64,000 nucleotides of DNA from Octopus sinensis (GCF_006345805.1 NC_043020.1:4216001-4280000), one strand, 5' to 3'. Shown: positions 23,315-37,315, numbered from the stretch's first letter. Numbers and translations: made by a program. The notes: generated by a model not told the origin, from the sequence alone.

Positions 23315-23715
23315 TATCAAAATAGATAGCGAGCGAGAAAGTGTATGTGACAGAGAGGGAGGGGAGGGAAGGTAGAAGGTTTGATGCTGACAAACATGAC
23401 AACTCGCGTAGCGATGTGTGTGTGTGTGTTTGCGCGCGCACGCGATTTCCTTCAATCTTTTAGACTTCAACTGACAGATGGTTCTTCTTCAGCGCAGATC
23501 TCTTGCTTCTTTGCACATCCTTTTCAACTCCTCTCCATCGGCCTCATTTATCCGCTGGTCATTCTCTTCTTACACGATCAATGCCACTGTTTATACGTTA
23601 CCCATCTTCTCTCTCCCACTCACTCGTTCTCCATCCCCTCTGTTTTTTTCTCAGTCCACCACCGTCTACGTCTCCCTGTCAAATACATCTGTCTGTGCCT
23701 TCACGTTTGTGCCCT

Positions 23716-23750
<35 letters not shown>

Positions 23751-23884
23751 TTGACACACTCAGCCTCCTCCTGTAACTCTTGACAAAATACCTGCCATTC
23801 CCACGGCACCATCCCGAGTTAAACAAGTCCATTGGTCTTCTTCGGTGGTTTCCTCTCTATAAACAACAGAGAATGTTCTCGGCG

Positions 23885-24210
23885 CCGGTGTGTTTGTGTG
23901 GTTAAGAAGCTCATTTGACAACTATATGATTTCGGGTTCAGTCCCGTTGCACGGCACCTTGGGCAAATGTGAATAGATTTTTAGACAGAAACTGTGTGGA
24001 AGCCCGTCGTATTTATTGGTGTGTGTGTGTCTTTGTATTTGTTTCCTATCTGCTTGACAATCGGTGTTGGTTTGTTTACGCCTCCGTAACTTTGTGGTTC
24101 GGCAAAAGATAACGATGAAGTAAGTGCCAGATTTGAAAAGATTACAACTCTTCAAAGCTATGCCCCAGCGTGGCCATAGTCTAATGACTGTAACAAGTGA
24201 AAGAAGAAAG
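23885..24210 (+). mobile_element. SINE family D
   Basis: GTGTGGTTAAGAAGCT head, GGCACCTTGGGCAA, GTTCGGCAAAAGA and CAGCGTGGCCATAGTCTAATGACTG. Confidence 0.82.
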
Positions 24211-24837
24211 ATATATCTTGTATGTCGCCAGAAACATCTGATAAATGTACAGAAAACAACAAAAAGCTGGCTTACGTTTAATAATATGTCTGTGGCAACA
24301 ACTATATTTGTACATCAAAACATGGCGTACCTTTTCCTATCAATCGCCAATCAGATTTCCATTTTATTTTTTATTTATGACTCAGAACTGATGACGATTA
24401 ATGAAGAGAAACATGAGTTTAGATATTTGTTAGAGGTAGAAAATATCATATTGCTGATATCATATGCCTCCAAATCCGTTTTAGACATTTCAACACATTA
24501 TTATTTACTGAAATATATATATATCGCTAAATCCGATAAATTATTCACAAAATTGCTTCATCCACTCGGTAGGATCATTAAAACATTAAAGTGACTTCGT
24601 TTTTCAGTCTGATTACGCCAACGTTTTATAAAACATCTTCCATTGCTACTGTTTTTGATAAACAACGAACTTTAAACGTAAAAGAAATAGGTTTTTTTTC
24701 TGTTCCTTTTTCTTTTTAAAATAAAATGAGTGACTGTAATTTTTGTAAAGTGCAATAAAAAAAAAACGTTTGAAAATATCTAAATTAGCAGTAAATTGAT
24801 AATGAAAATTAGAAGTTTTGAAGAACAGTGGAAACAT

Positions 24838-25143
24838 AAACTACGGCCATGCTGAAGGCTTTTAGTCGAACGAGTCAACAACAGCACATATTCTATTAGT
24901 CTCTACTGAAAAACCGCTCAGTTACGAGTACGTTAGTAAATCAACACCGGTTGTCAAGCGCACGCACACACACAAACACTCTCTCTCTCATACGACGTAC
25001 TTCTTTCAGTTTGCCTGTACCAAATCCACTGACGAGCTTTACTCAGCCCGAGGCTATGGTAGAAGACACCCCCGCCATCAAAGTGCCATGCTGTGGAACT
25101 GAATCCAGAACTATGTGACTGCGAAGCAAACTTTGTTACCACA
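24838..25143 (-). mobile_element. SINE family D (degraded)
   Basis: GGCCATGCTG, CCGGTTGTCAAGCG, CCAAATCCACT and GAACTGAATCCAGAAC blocks. Confidence 0.8.
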
Positions 25144-25392
25144 CACCTTTGAATGCAGTGTATGCCATAAGGTTTGCAAATCCAACTGAGGCCTCAAGAG
25201 ACATTTTAAGGTCAACAAAGAGCAGAACTTATCTGCAGCTCCTGGTGGTCCAAATCGGATGTGCAATCTATGTGGGTGTCTTTTCAGAACATTGTCTGGT
25301 TTAAAAAAAACCCACATCAGATGCTATGATGGTTCTAAGGTGTAGGTACAGGAGGAGGTGGTCAAACTCTGTATAAGAAGTAGACAATCCAG
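25144..25392 (+). mobile_element. LINE-like 3' end encoding two C2H2-type zinc fingers, copy 1
   Basis: TFECSVCHKVCKSN*GLKRHFKV and CNLCGCLFRTLSGLK. Homologous to 61868-62087. Confidence 0.65.
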
Positions 25393-25636
25393 ATGGGTGC
25401 GTTCAAGTGTGCGCGATGCAGCGGGATTAGCAAGACTATTTTATAGCATGAGTGTCGGATGCCTGGACAGATCTGAAAGAGTCAGCAATCGATGCAGCAA
25501 CCAAAACACATCACATTTATTCTCTACCAAGACAGTTTTCTATTTTTTTTACGGAAACCTTTCCAGACAGCGAAAAATGGTTTTGACTCTGTTCTTCGCG
25601 AAATGCAAATTTCTCTTTTAACGTTTTAATGTTAAG

Positions 25637-25706
<70 letters not shown>

Positions 25707-26546
25707 CACCAACATTCAATAATTTCCATTAAACTTTTCTGTCGAATTCTATCTGAAGAATAAAGGGTTTTTTTTCCCTTTTTTTCACAAACTCCGAAAC
25801 CAAAGTCCTGAGTCCCCAACTTCTTTAGCTCCACCGCCATCGCCACCACAATTGTTATAGATAAAAGAGTAGCTGTGTTAATGCCGGTGGTGGTTGATTT
25901 ATGACACTGTTGATAATCTTTAGTTATTAATAAGCAAGCAATATGATAATTAATAAATAGGTAATATGATAAATATTGATGATGATGTAAAATAAGATTT
26001 TTCCAAATTGGTTTCGTCTTGTATCTGTTGTCGCGGCGGTATCACGACGGGTGCGTTTATGTATGCGTGTGTCTCTTTCTCTCTCTGTCTCTCTCCCTCT
26101 CTCTCTCTGACAGCCGCTTCTTGCAGTGTGACATGCTCTACTGCAACAACACTAAATCATCGTGATGCCGTTGCTGTCATTACTGATGATAATGTTCTTG
26201 TGTTATTGGTGATAATGTTGTCATTGTTGTTGTTCGTTTCATTCCGCCAGTATTTCTGTTCTTGTTTAACTCAGGTCAACACATTTATGAAGAAAGCCAT
26301 TAAGATTGTTGGACGTGATTCGTAGAAGACACGACTGCTCTTTCTACCCGATTGGGTAACCGCTTATAGCCCACCTCGTTGGTTCATCACTTCTTGTTAT
26401 TGTTGTCGGTGGAGGAAGAGGAGGAGGAGTCGTTATCTTTGTTAGGATTGTGTTTAATGACTTGCCTAGTGTTTCAAAAAGCTAAACATAGCACTACACG
26501 CACACACACACACATACATACATGAATATATATATATATATATATA

Positions 26547-26874
26547 TAAGAGGAATGACCACTAAGTGGACATCGAATATGCTAGACGTAGACCTCATAT
26601 GGCCTAACCACTAAGAAAAAAATTGTTCTTAAGAAATTTCAGCAAACGCCAAAACATAAGCGAGCAAGACAAAAGATACAAAATATACCACTTCCATAAT
26701 TACATACGTAAATGTCTGCAATTCATCAGTGTGACAGTCATAGCAAAATATAATTTGCAGAACTATACACGGGACATCCACACGAGATTGAACATGCGTA
26801 TAGTTTTGCCAATTATATTTGGAGGTACATTTCAAATGTCTTCGCTTTGGATGTCCACTTGGTCATCCCTCTTA
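26547..26874. mobile_element. MITE-like element with about 30-bp TIRs, inserted in (TA)n
   Basis: TAAGAGGAATGACCACTAAGTGGACATC at the left end; GATGTCCACTTGGTCATCCCTCTTA at the right end. Confidence 0.75.
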
Positions 26875-27105
26875 TATGTATGTAATATAATTTTTCTGAA
26901 TCTTCAGATTTTTTCAATATGCTAGGCCACTGGTTTAAATTGATATTAATCGAATTAATGTTCAATTTTTTTACCCTGATTATATGCAGAGCTGATCAGA
27001 AGTCATCTATCAGTAACTCAAAATCGGTTTTTTGTCTAGGACTCATCGTTTCGGAGCCTTTCCGTGACATTCACATACACACATACATTTTCATTTGTAT
27101 AGTAG

Positions 27106-27170
<65 letters not shown>

Positions 27171-27613
27171 GATCTTCCAATGATCCATCAGTTAGAGGAA
27201 GCAATGAACGAGACGACCGTCTCCTTCATCCATTGACAGGCGAGGCAAAAATGCGGAACTTTCTCTGCCATGGTTCCCAAAGTTTTCTTCACCATGAACA
27301 CTTACAAAAATCACATTTTCTTCCGCAAAATACCCGGTCTATCTCCTCAGTTAACCTAAACAACAAATTTATTTTCCCAGTTTCATCTTTTAATTAAAAA
27401 TCTACATAATTTAGTTATTACATCTACAACTATTCAATGAAACACACCACACGTCCATGGATACAATGTTCGCAACAACTGATTAACGTAATTAACCTAA
27501 TTACCAGAACTAGCATCCACGGGATTGGATATTTTCAAAGCGTTTCTCTTGCTAAACGTTTTCTCTTCGAATTGTTGTTGTTATTGTTCTTCTTCTTCTT
27601 CTTCTTCTTCTTC

Positions 27614-27650
<37 letters not shown>

Positions 27651-28090
27651 CATCATCTTCTTCATTAACTTCATTATTATTATTGTTTTTTTTTATTATC
27701 ATTATTATTTTACATTCACTGTTCATATACATTATTTGGGGTGTCATCAACCCAAGGCAAAGAGTAAATGAATTTGTAGATCACAAATTATTCGTTCGAA
27801 CATGCACATAACTATATATTTCAATTAACTACTTGTAATAAGTACGAGCGCAGCGCGCGCGTGTGTGGTCGCGCGCACACGCATATTCATGCAAATGAGT
27901 CTGCATTAACATGTAATTTGTTCATCCAAGTGAGTCTACATGTGGACATGAAGCGTACATTAGTAGGATGCGATGAGCTTGTGAACAGACCAGTGACTCT
28001 GCATACGAAGAATGTGTATAGGGCGTGTGTATGTGTAGAATGTGTCAGTTCAGCGAACACGTGTATAGATACATATATATCTATATACAC

Positions 28091-28156
<66 letters not shown>

Positions 28157-28243
28157 AAATGTGTTTATATATATATACATATGTAAACACACACGCACGC
28201 ATATACATAAATACATACCCCCGCGCGCGCGTGAATATGCGTA

Positions 28244-28465
28244 CAGGGTGTGGCAGAAAGGTTTTCCTCGATTTCAAAGATTAATAAAAAAAACAAACAT
28301 GAAGATACAAAGAAAACAACAAACGCTGCTCTTCACTCCAGTTCCAAAACAGAAAAAAAATGGCATTTAATGAACTTCACAGAAATACAAAGTTTTTTCA
28401 TTCACCTTCGTGTGTTTGTTTTTTATTAACCTTTGAAATCGGGGCGACCTTTCTGCCGCACCCTG
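28244..28465. mobile_element. Tc1/mariner MITE with about 55-bp TIRs and TA TSD
   Basis: TA|CAGGGTGTGGCAGAAAGG...TTTCAAAGATTAATAAAAAA and TTTTTTATTAACCTTTGAAATC...CCTTTCTGCCGCACCCTG|TA. Confidence 0.9.
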
Positions 28466-29035
28466 TATCCATATATGGGTGGTGGAGAAATTAGGTACCC
28501 CGACAGTTTGAAAAGGAAGAAATATGAGAGGAGGTAAGAAAGTGAATTAAAATAAATTTTAAAAAAAACAGTAAAAATGGGAATAACAAAATGAAAGAGG
28601 GAAGGGGAAAAGAGTGACGGGTTCGCTCGGTTGTAAAAACCCCATCATGTTTTCGATTTGTGGATGTCGTGTGTTGAGAGTGAAACCGCGGCGTCATGGT
28701 TACAGCAGACATCGGCCAAAATGTGACATATGGCGACAGAGTGGCGTTGCTGGAGGCGACCACTGGCAAATGGAGTTGAAGGAGACTGGAGTTTGGTTCT
28801 TAATTGAGGGTTTCACTCCATTACGGTAAGATCCGAGAACATTTTCAATAACGGTAGAGAATAGCGGAAATGGTAGAGGAAAGGGTGGCGATGGTGGTGG
28901 TAGTTGTTGTGTGATGAGGGTGGTGGTGGTGGTGGTGGTGATATTGAGTGGGGAGAGTTGTAGTGGAAACAGATGAAAGCCGTCCATTCTCTGCCGTCGC
29001 ACACTGGTCGCCTCCATTTTCTGTCATCTCATTCA

Positions 29036-29074
<39 letters not shown>

Positions 29075-29076
29075 CT

Positions 29077-29121
<45 letters not shown>

Positions 29122-29122
29122 T

Positions 29123-29184
<62 letters not shown>

Positions 29185-29912
29185 CCTCCCTCTATTCGTT
29201 TGTCTATCTGTCAGTACATTAAGATATATATATTTGCATGTAAGTAGTGGTGGTAGTACTAGTAGTAGTAGTAGATCGAAAACAATCGTTTTACTGTTTG
29301 ATCTGGAGATGTTTTAGGCGCTGGGGTGGCGGGGGTGGGGACAGTCACACAAAGAAATGCACCGATAGAGTGAGGAGAAAGAGTACGAAAGAGTACCGTG
29401 ATCATAGTGTAAAACAATAGAGCAGACTCTCTCTCCCTTTCTATTCCCTCATACTGCCTCCTCCCTCTCTCTCTCTCTCTCAATGATTCTGACATGGCTT
29501 CCAAGACGGCTTTTGTTTTAATGTTCGGACGGCGAAGGCTGATGCCAAATTTAGTCCCTGACCATCGAAGCATGAAATGGAAGTGGGCAGAACTTATTTG
29601 GCAGGATTAGAAGATTCTTCGTGTCAGTCTCGAACCCCGATACACCGGCACGCCAGCCTTCCTGCACGCCACCCTTCCAGCACGCCAGCAGTTCCCTGAC
29701 AGGCAATGTTGATCAGTGGAGCATAACTAAAATATGCAGTTATTGACCGCTGTAAACGTTATCCATCACGCACGCAAAGGTACACACACACGCACGCACA
29801 CACACACACACATAGAGGCACACATAAAGCTTTGTGTCATAATATAGCGTTCAATAACTTTCAAGCTATATATATATATATATATATGTAGCTGTAGGTG
29901 TGTATGTTTGTG

Positions 29913-29988
<76 letters not shown>

Positions 29989-30014
29989 TGCGTGCGCGCG
30001 TGTATTTATAATAA

Positions 30015-30095
30015 TAATATGAGGGATATTATTCCAAACTTACAGGGAAAAATTCAATTTAGAAATACTAAATCAAATTTCACAAAATATAATTT
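30015..30095. repeat. Short interspersed AT-rich repeat
   Basis: CCAAACTTACAGGGAAAAATTCAA...TAAATCAAATTTCACA recurs inverted at about 36040-36112. Confidence 0.7.
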
Positions 30096-30651
30096 ATATA
30101 TAAACTAGAAAAAAACCCATCTTTTATCAATTCAATAATGAAAAATTAAATTATACCATTTAGGAAAATTACATATTATAGAAAGATTAAATATAAGATA
30201 AAACATATAACAATGATTGAGTCACGTGCAAAAGGATCAATAAAACGTCTGTATTTGGTATATAGCAAACATATACGTTTTATTTCATTTTTATTTATTA
30301 ATGTCGTGATGAGGCCAACCACCGCTCTTTCACTACTATCATCATTATCATCATCGATCACAACCACTGCCTGCAGCAGTACCACCACCACAATCATCAT
30401 CATCATCATCTTCGCCTCCTGACCACCGTGCCACCACCACAACCACTACTACTGCTACCAACAACACCTGCACCACTTTTACCGGCAAAACACACTAACA
30501 ACAACACGCCAGCCACGACCACCACAAACAACCACAACATCAAATCAACTACGATGACCACCACTACTGTTACTACCACTAAAACCCTAACCACTACCAC
30601 ATCAACCATGGCCACCACTGCAAATACTTTGAACTCATGAAATGCAAGCGG

Positions 30652-30733
30652 CCAATGGATTTGACCGGATTATCCGTGTCCGGTGTCAGCTTCAATTTCG
30701 TACTTTAACGCGCCAACTGATCACGTGACCAAT
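30652..30733. promoter_or_regulatory. Candidate regulatory island: two CCAAT boxes and an E-box
   Basis: GGCCAATGG (CCAAT at 30652) and TCACGTGACCAAT (30721-30733) in CpG-rich unique sequence. Confidence 0.35.
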
Positions 30734-30949
30734 GAACCATGACAAAGAGATTCACATTTTCTTCATCTAAATCGTTTTTCTCTCAGACACAGATCTGACG
30801 GATTATTTCTATTTCAGTCATAAGCTGTGTCTGTCTGTCTGTCCATCTGCGTGTCTATCTCATTGTTAATCTTCCTCCCTTCTTTTTTTAATTTCTCTCT
30901 TTCCCCCCCCCCCACCCGTTCTACCTCTTAGGTAAAGGCAAAAACTAGT

Positions 30950-30998
<49 letters not shown>

Positions 30999-31259
30999 CT
31001 ATTTTCTTCGATGAAAATGTACATTTATGCAAAAGCATCATTTCTACACGAACATGTTTTGCAGTGAATTTATGTATAGATACTCACATACACACACACA
31101 TGTATGTATATATAGATACATAGATAGATATGGAAATGTAGAGTATTCGTGTGTATGTTTGTGTTGAAAGAGAGAGACATCTTCGGGGTTCAAAAAGTGA
31201 GTTCCACAAAAAACAAATTCTCACAACCTGATTTGTAGTCAACATTTCCTTTAATTACA

Positions 31260-31292
<33 letters not shown>

Positions 31293-31946
31293 TGTATGTA
31301 TATGTATGTATGCATATATGGGTACAGGACGTCACCAACGGTGCAAACAACATGACATACGTAAACAACGAGAAAAAAAATGGAAAATAAGACAACTATG
31401 TTCTCTCCCTCCATCCTTCTCTAATTTCCTTTTTTTCCCTCCCCCCCTCACCGATTTCTATCTCTTCTCTCTCTTTCTCGTTCTCTTTTTCTCTCTCGTT
31501 CGTTGCTCATACGTGACTATCATCCATCTTTCTTTTCCTGTACGGATGTTCAAAAGAAGGGATGTATTTTTTCTCTCTCTTTCTCTTCTATCTTTTCTCT
31601 TTTCACAAAACTGTTTCTCCCAGCGTTCACCATTTTCCTCTCGTTCTGGTCTAACGACCCGCCATGTTTGTTTTCTTTCGGTCTCTTTGTATGTTTCCAA
31701 TGTCATGTTTTTGTCCCCAACTTTGACCGTCCATAAATCAAAAATTTTATTTTAAAATTTATAGGAGCAACTGTCTCGAAATGAGGAGTAGACAGACAGC
31801 CGACAACTGATCAAGGGTCCTTCCTCTCTGTGTTTACTCTTCCTGTTTTCCATTTTTTCGTCGTTGTTTACATATTTAACTCGTTTGTTTACCTATTTCA
31901 TGTTATTTGCACCCTTGGTCACATCCTGTACCCATATATGCATCTC

Positions 31947-31999
<53 letters not shown>

Positions 32000-32688
32000 T
32001 ATATAACAAAAGAAGGGGTGTATATCTACGCAGAAAAAAATATAGGGAAATTTGTTGTTGAAAATGCACCTAACTTTGAAAAACTTGTAGTTGTTTAAAA
32101 TAAATTTATTTGCATATATACCAAACTAGTTTCAACAATAATTGTTGTTTATTAATGGTAAATATTTAGAATTATAAATTAGAAAAACATCTCCAAAAAT
32201 TTCGATGTTGACAAGTTTAAATGTTCATAACATTCAATATTAAAACTGTGCATCAATTTGTTTGAATGTACAAAGCTTATTAATGTTAGTAGTAGTGATC
32301 GACAAGAAATAAATTTCAAAGTTTCAGTCATACTGAGTTAAGAGGGGGAAAAGAGGGAGAAATGAAGATAGTAAAAAAAGGGGGGATTTGATTTACAATT
32401 CTCTGATCCTCTTTCCGTCGTGTGTAGGAACTCTCGCTTGTAAAAGTGTGTTTTGGAATCCGGAGTATTTATTTATTTTCCGCGAGCGGATCTGATTTTT
32501 GATTCGTTAAAGTACTGGTCACCTCTTGTTTTTCCAGTGGTCATATTTGTCGTTCTGCCTGGTTGGCTTCCCTGTGGGGAATGTTCATCAGTCGTTCCGG
32601 TTGGTTGATTCTCTTAACGGGTCATTTTGTTGTATTTGCTGAAGTTCGGTTTTGATTAGTCTAGAGTTAGTTGACGTCGGCGAGCTGG

Positions 32689-32908
32689 CAGAAACGTTAG
32701 CACGCCAGGCGAAATGCTTAGCGGTATTTCGTCTGTCGCTACGTTCTGAGTTCAAATTCCGCCGAGGTCGACTTTGACTTTCATCCTTTCGGGGTCGATA
32801 AATAATGTACCAGTTACGCACTGGGGTCGATGTAATCGACTTAATCCCTTTGTCTGTCTTTGTTTGTCCCCTCTGTGTTTAACCCCTTGTGGGCAGTAAA
32901 GAAATATA
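32689..32908 (+). mobile_element. SINE family A, tail type 1
   Basis: Closely similar to 2354-2581. Confidence 0.9.
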
Positions 32909-32919
32909 TTACCTCTTTT

Positions 32920-33615
32920 ACATCAGCGAGACAGACCTGAAGACTGTCTACCACTTCAACGGCTCCAGGTTATCAAGTAGTTTAATGCCAAGACTGACAA
33001 AAAGGTAAACCAGAGACTGACAAAATCAGACGACACATTCGACAGACTTCACAGAAAATATCCGAGGAGAGACTCCAAATGTCAGTTTTTTGCAAAGCAT
33101 TGGTGACTATCATGTACGACTCTGAATTGTGGAGTACAAGTGTGGCCACCTGTAATTCCTTGACCACTTCTACTTCCGCTGTTTCCACACCCTCCTCCGA
33201 CAGACAAGAATCAAGGGTCATTCCGTTAATGTCGCAGCTAGGTGTGCCATACGATGACACTTCCAGTGTCTACGGTAAAAAAAAGGGATACCAAAGGAGC
33301 AGTACAAACTCACCCTGAAATCCCGTTCTGCCTGTCATATTGACCCTTGTTAAGGGTCTCGTCTGACCCCCTAGCGGTAAGGATTGGTGATACTCCATTC
33401 ATATCCTCCTTGAAGAATGTCTTCGTTTAATGACCCCAAAACTACGGCAGTAGAATCCATGAAACAACGAATCCTGAATCGGATTTCCTCTGCAGCCGCC
33501 GCGGCCGACCGAGTCTGCCTTTTTACTGCCTCGGTTGGTCACGAGTGGAACCTGCTGCAGTCGACGTGAAGAACATCCTTCAGGAATCTTCGTTTGCGAT
33601 TCAAACCATGATGAT
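32920..33615 (+). mobile_element. RTE-BovB-like LINE 3' fragment
   Basis: VNQRLTKSDDTFDRLH and MSVFCKALVTIMYDSELW (compare AFGRL, YGSE.W); ends GGAATCTTCGTTTGCGA...TGATGA. Confidence 0.7.
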
Positions 33616-34112
33616 TGATTATGGTAATGGTTGCGCGCGCGCGCGTATTACGTTAATAAGCAAAATGTGATGTCTTCGTTGCCGAAATATTAACATCACA
33701 ACTGTAAGTTGACACCGCTCCCTTCCCCATCACCCCCACTCTCCTACCACCTCCTCCTTCTCCCTGTCAACCACGGAAGGGTCCAATACGTGTCAGTCGA
33801 CACTTAACAGCCGTCCCTCCTCCCATTCCCCGAGACTACAAGCGACATCCGACTCTCCATACACGACCTGAATCATGAGCCACCCGACACTTCACTTTAT
33901 GGCACACACACGCTCTCTTTCTCTTTCTTTTTCCCCTTACGAGTCATGGAGAAAGCTAATTACCACGTGACAGAAATAGCAGCTAGTCTTCCTCAAAACA
34001 CCATCTTGCTATTTTAATGGGAGGAGAGAGACATGTTCGTTAATGAGCGATGGAATGGTCATGCCTGGAATGCATCTAGTCATACGTTAGCTGGATGATA
34101 TATATCTATATA

Positions 34113-34147
<35 letters not shown>

Positions 34148-34444
34148 TATACATATATATATTTGATGACATAAAAGACAGGCGTCTTGTTAGACGCCTC
34201 TCAATTTCAGCACCGCCTTTTCAGGGACCCAAAAGTGCCCTTTTGTTGGCAGGTTTCTTTTGCAATTCCCTGGTTTTGTCACAGTTCATTTCTATATTGA
34301 AGAACTTAGAAAAATAACTTTGTTCTAATTAACCTGATGTTTGGAACATTGATTAATATGAAATTTCACACAACAAATAGCAGATATATCTATATCACGT
34401 GATTTCGAACTCTGAATCATTGCATCTTAGCTCTCGTTTATACA

Positions 34445-34566
34445 TATGGATCAAAACACTTTGATTTTAACTCCTCGGTACTCTGAGTTTTAAGCGTGCC
34501 GAAGACTAGCGACACGCTTGAAACTCAGAGTACCAAGGAGTCTGAATCAAACTGTTTTGATCCATA
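34445..34566. repeat. Fold-back inverted repeat, 54-bp arms, 14-nt loop
   Basis: TATGGATCAAAACA...GGTACTCTGAGTTTTAAGCGTG / CACGCTTGAAACTCAGAGTACC...TGTTTTGATCCATA. Confidence 0.9.
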
Positions 34567-34617
34567 CATGTAATTCCTAATAAATGTGTTGAGTGGCTTT
34601 CTTTCGTTTGTCTACTC

Positions 34618-34682
<65 letters not shown>

Positions 34683-35578
34683 TATGTATGTATGTATGTA
34701 TGTATGTATGTATGTATGTATGTATGTATAGTATGTATAGATGATAGATGATATAGATAATAGATGTGTTGAATAAGATCCAAGGATCAAGGTGTAGGAA
34801 GCTAGTGAGCTTTAAGCGATCCATAGAAGATGTAAAAGAACAACTTTCAGGAACAATATTGGTTTATTGGAGCTGAAGGTGGTAAATTTTTTCCGTATCG
34901 AAGTACGATAAGGTGAAATAAGTTAATTTTATAGTTAACGGTTAGCAACAGGGGTTGTTGTATTTGCGAATAAACATGGGAAATGTAGGGAATGGATAAA
35001 ATCATGTAACAAATGTAGCCTGGATTTTATCTACTCCATTCCCTAAATTTGGGATACATGTATATATATATATATGGAGAGAGAGAGAGAGAGAGAGATG
35101 GATATGTACATTCATACATAAATCGTATGTGTGTGAGTGTTCTCCTAAGCTAACTACAAGAAACATCCATTAAAGAAAGGAACCAAAAGAATCAAATTCT
35201 TATTTATCTCAAAATGTTGACTGTCAGTTCGAAATCATACCATAATTTAAATATTCTTTGTTTGAAAAGCAGGGCCGCGGCTATGCTGACCGCTGACCTT
35301 AAAGTTTTGGTCGATTGTATCAAACCCTAGTGATTATATTTGACTCAGACATATAGTTTATCGTTATCTATTTGTCCTATTGTTAAGTCACGAGACATTC
35401 AGAGATACCAACATAAATTATATTGATTTTCAAAAACCATAAACATGAATGCAAATACAAAGATTCAACTTACAGACATACCCATATATATATATATATA
35501 ACGGGAAGCTTTATGAAAATAAACAAAAGACGAAGGCAGGTGGAAAACAAACGAACAATTGTATTAGTATGGCGCATA

Positions 35579-35625
<47 letters not shown>

Positions 35626-35691
35626 GGTATCATCTGATGGTTGATGTTTGATTGATTTAAGTATGTTTCTCCATTTTCTAATTTTGTAATA

Positions 35692-35746
<55 letters not shown>

Positions 35747-35747
35747 A

Positions 35748-36021
35748 ATTAGAGAAAAACCACTATTATGTAATTCAAACAATGATAGACATAAACCAAA
35801 TCAGAAATAAAAAATATTTTAAAACATATAACTAGATCACAAAAAGTACAAAAATGTATAATTGATATATAATAAGTAATAAGTATTACTTATATATCAT
35901 TTATTCATTTTTGTACCTTTTCTAATCTAGTTATATGTTTTAAAATATATGTTATTTTTTATTTATGATTTGGTTTATGTCTATCATTGTTTGAATTACA
36001 TAATAGTGGTTTTTCTCTAAT
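35748..36021. repeat. Fold-back palindrome, about 135-bp arms, 4-nt loop
   Basis: The outer 55 bp are perfectly complementary; the centre is ATAAGTAAT-AAGT-ATTACTTAT. Flanked by (TA)n. Confidence 0.92.
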
Positions 36022-36163
36022 CTATATATATTATATATTTATATTGTGAAATTTGATTTAATACTAACTTGAATTTTTCTCTGTAAGTTTGGAGTTATAC
36101 TCCCTAATATTATTATTATTTTAATTTTTATTATTATATATATATATATATTATTTTTCCTTG

Positions 36164-36515
36164 TTTTAGTCATTTGACTGCAGCCATACTGGAGCACTGC
36201 CTTAACGGGTTTTCGTTGGACCACAACTTATTCTTTGTAAGCCTAGTACTTATTCTATTGAATTCTTTTGGCGAACCACTAAGTTTCGGGGATATAAAAA
36301 CACCAACATCGGTTGTCAAGCGATGGCGGGGAGGGGGGGGGGCAAACATAGACAGACACACACACACATATACGATGGGCTTCTTTTAGTTTCTATTACC
36401 AAATCCACTCACAAGGCTTCTACTACCCGAGGCTGTAGTAGGAGACAGTTGCCCAAGGAACAGAACCCGGAACCACGTGTTTGAGAGACTAGCTTCTTAC
36501 CAGACAGCCGTGCTT
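36164..36515 (-). mobile_element. SINE family D
   Basis: Full block order as at 19131-19474. Confidence 0.85.
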
Positions 36516-36895
36516 GCGTATATATACATATATATAGACAGTTGAAACACTCCTGTCACAACCTGGGACCTTGAAGACTGCTTTAATGCAAGAAAGTATA
36601 CTAGTCCCTTAATATTTGATATTCAACATTTCATCTATTCAATAAGACAATCAATACTTCATTTCATTTTACACTATATATATATATTAATTATACTATA
36701 TATTCTATATTCTACATTAATATTATAAAGATTATAAATAAAACACATAAAAAACAGAGTTGGAATTCCTTTGAATAATATATATCCCTCTACACACAAT
36801 CATACAAACCCCTTTACACACACACACACATATACCAGAAGTGAGATACATTTGACCATAAACACAAGTATATATAAGGTTAGATGTATCTAACA

Positions 36896-36957
<62 letters not shown>

Positions 36958-37244
36958 TATGTGTGTGTGTGTGTGTGTGTGAACAACTTCCTTCTGTCCA
37001 ACTTGACTCCCTATGGCCAATCTGACAATTTCGACGCTCAGATACTGCACAATAAGTCCGAAACCAGAACCCTAAACCTGTGTCCTTAACGATATCCATC
37101 AATGTCTCATCTCTTACTGTCCAGCTGTTTCTTGTTTTCTTGTTTGTTTGTTCTTTCGTTCTTAAATATCCCTCTGTCTGATTGTGTCTGTCTTTGTCTC
37201 TCTCCCTCTCTCTCCATACCCCCTCCCTCTCTCTCTCTTGCTAC

Positions 37245-37315
<71 letters not shown>

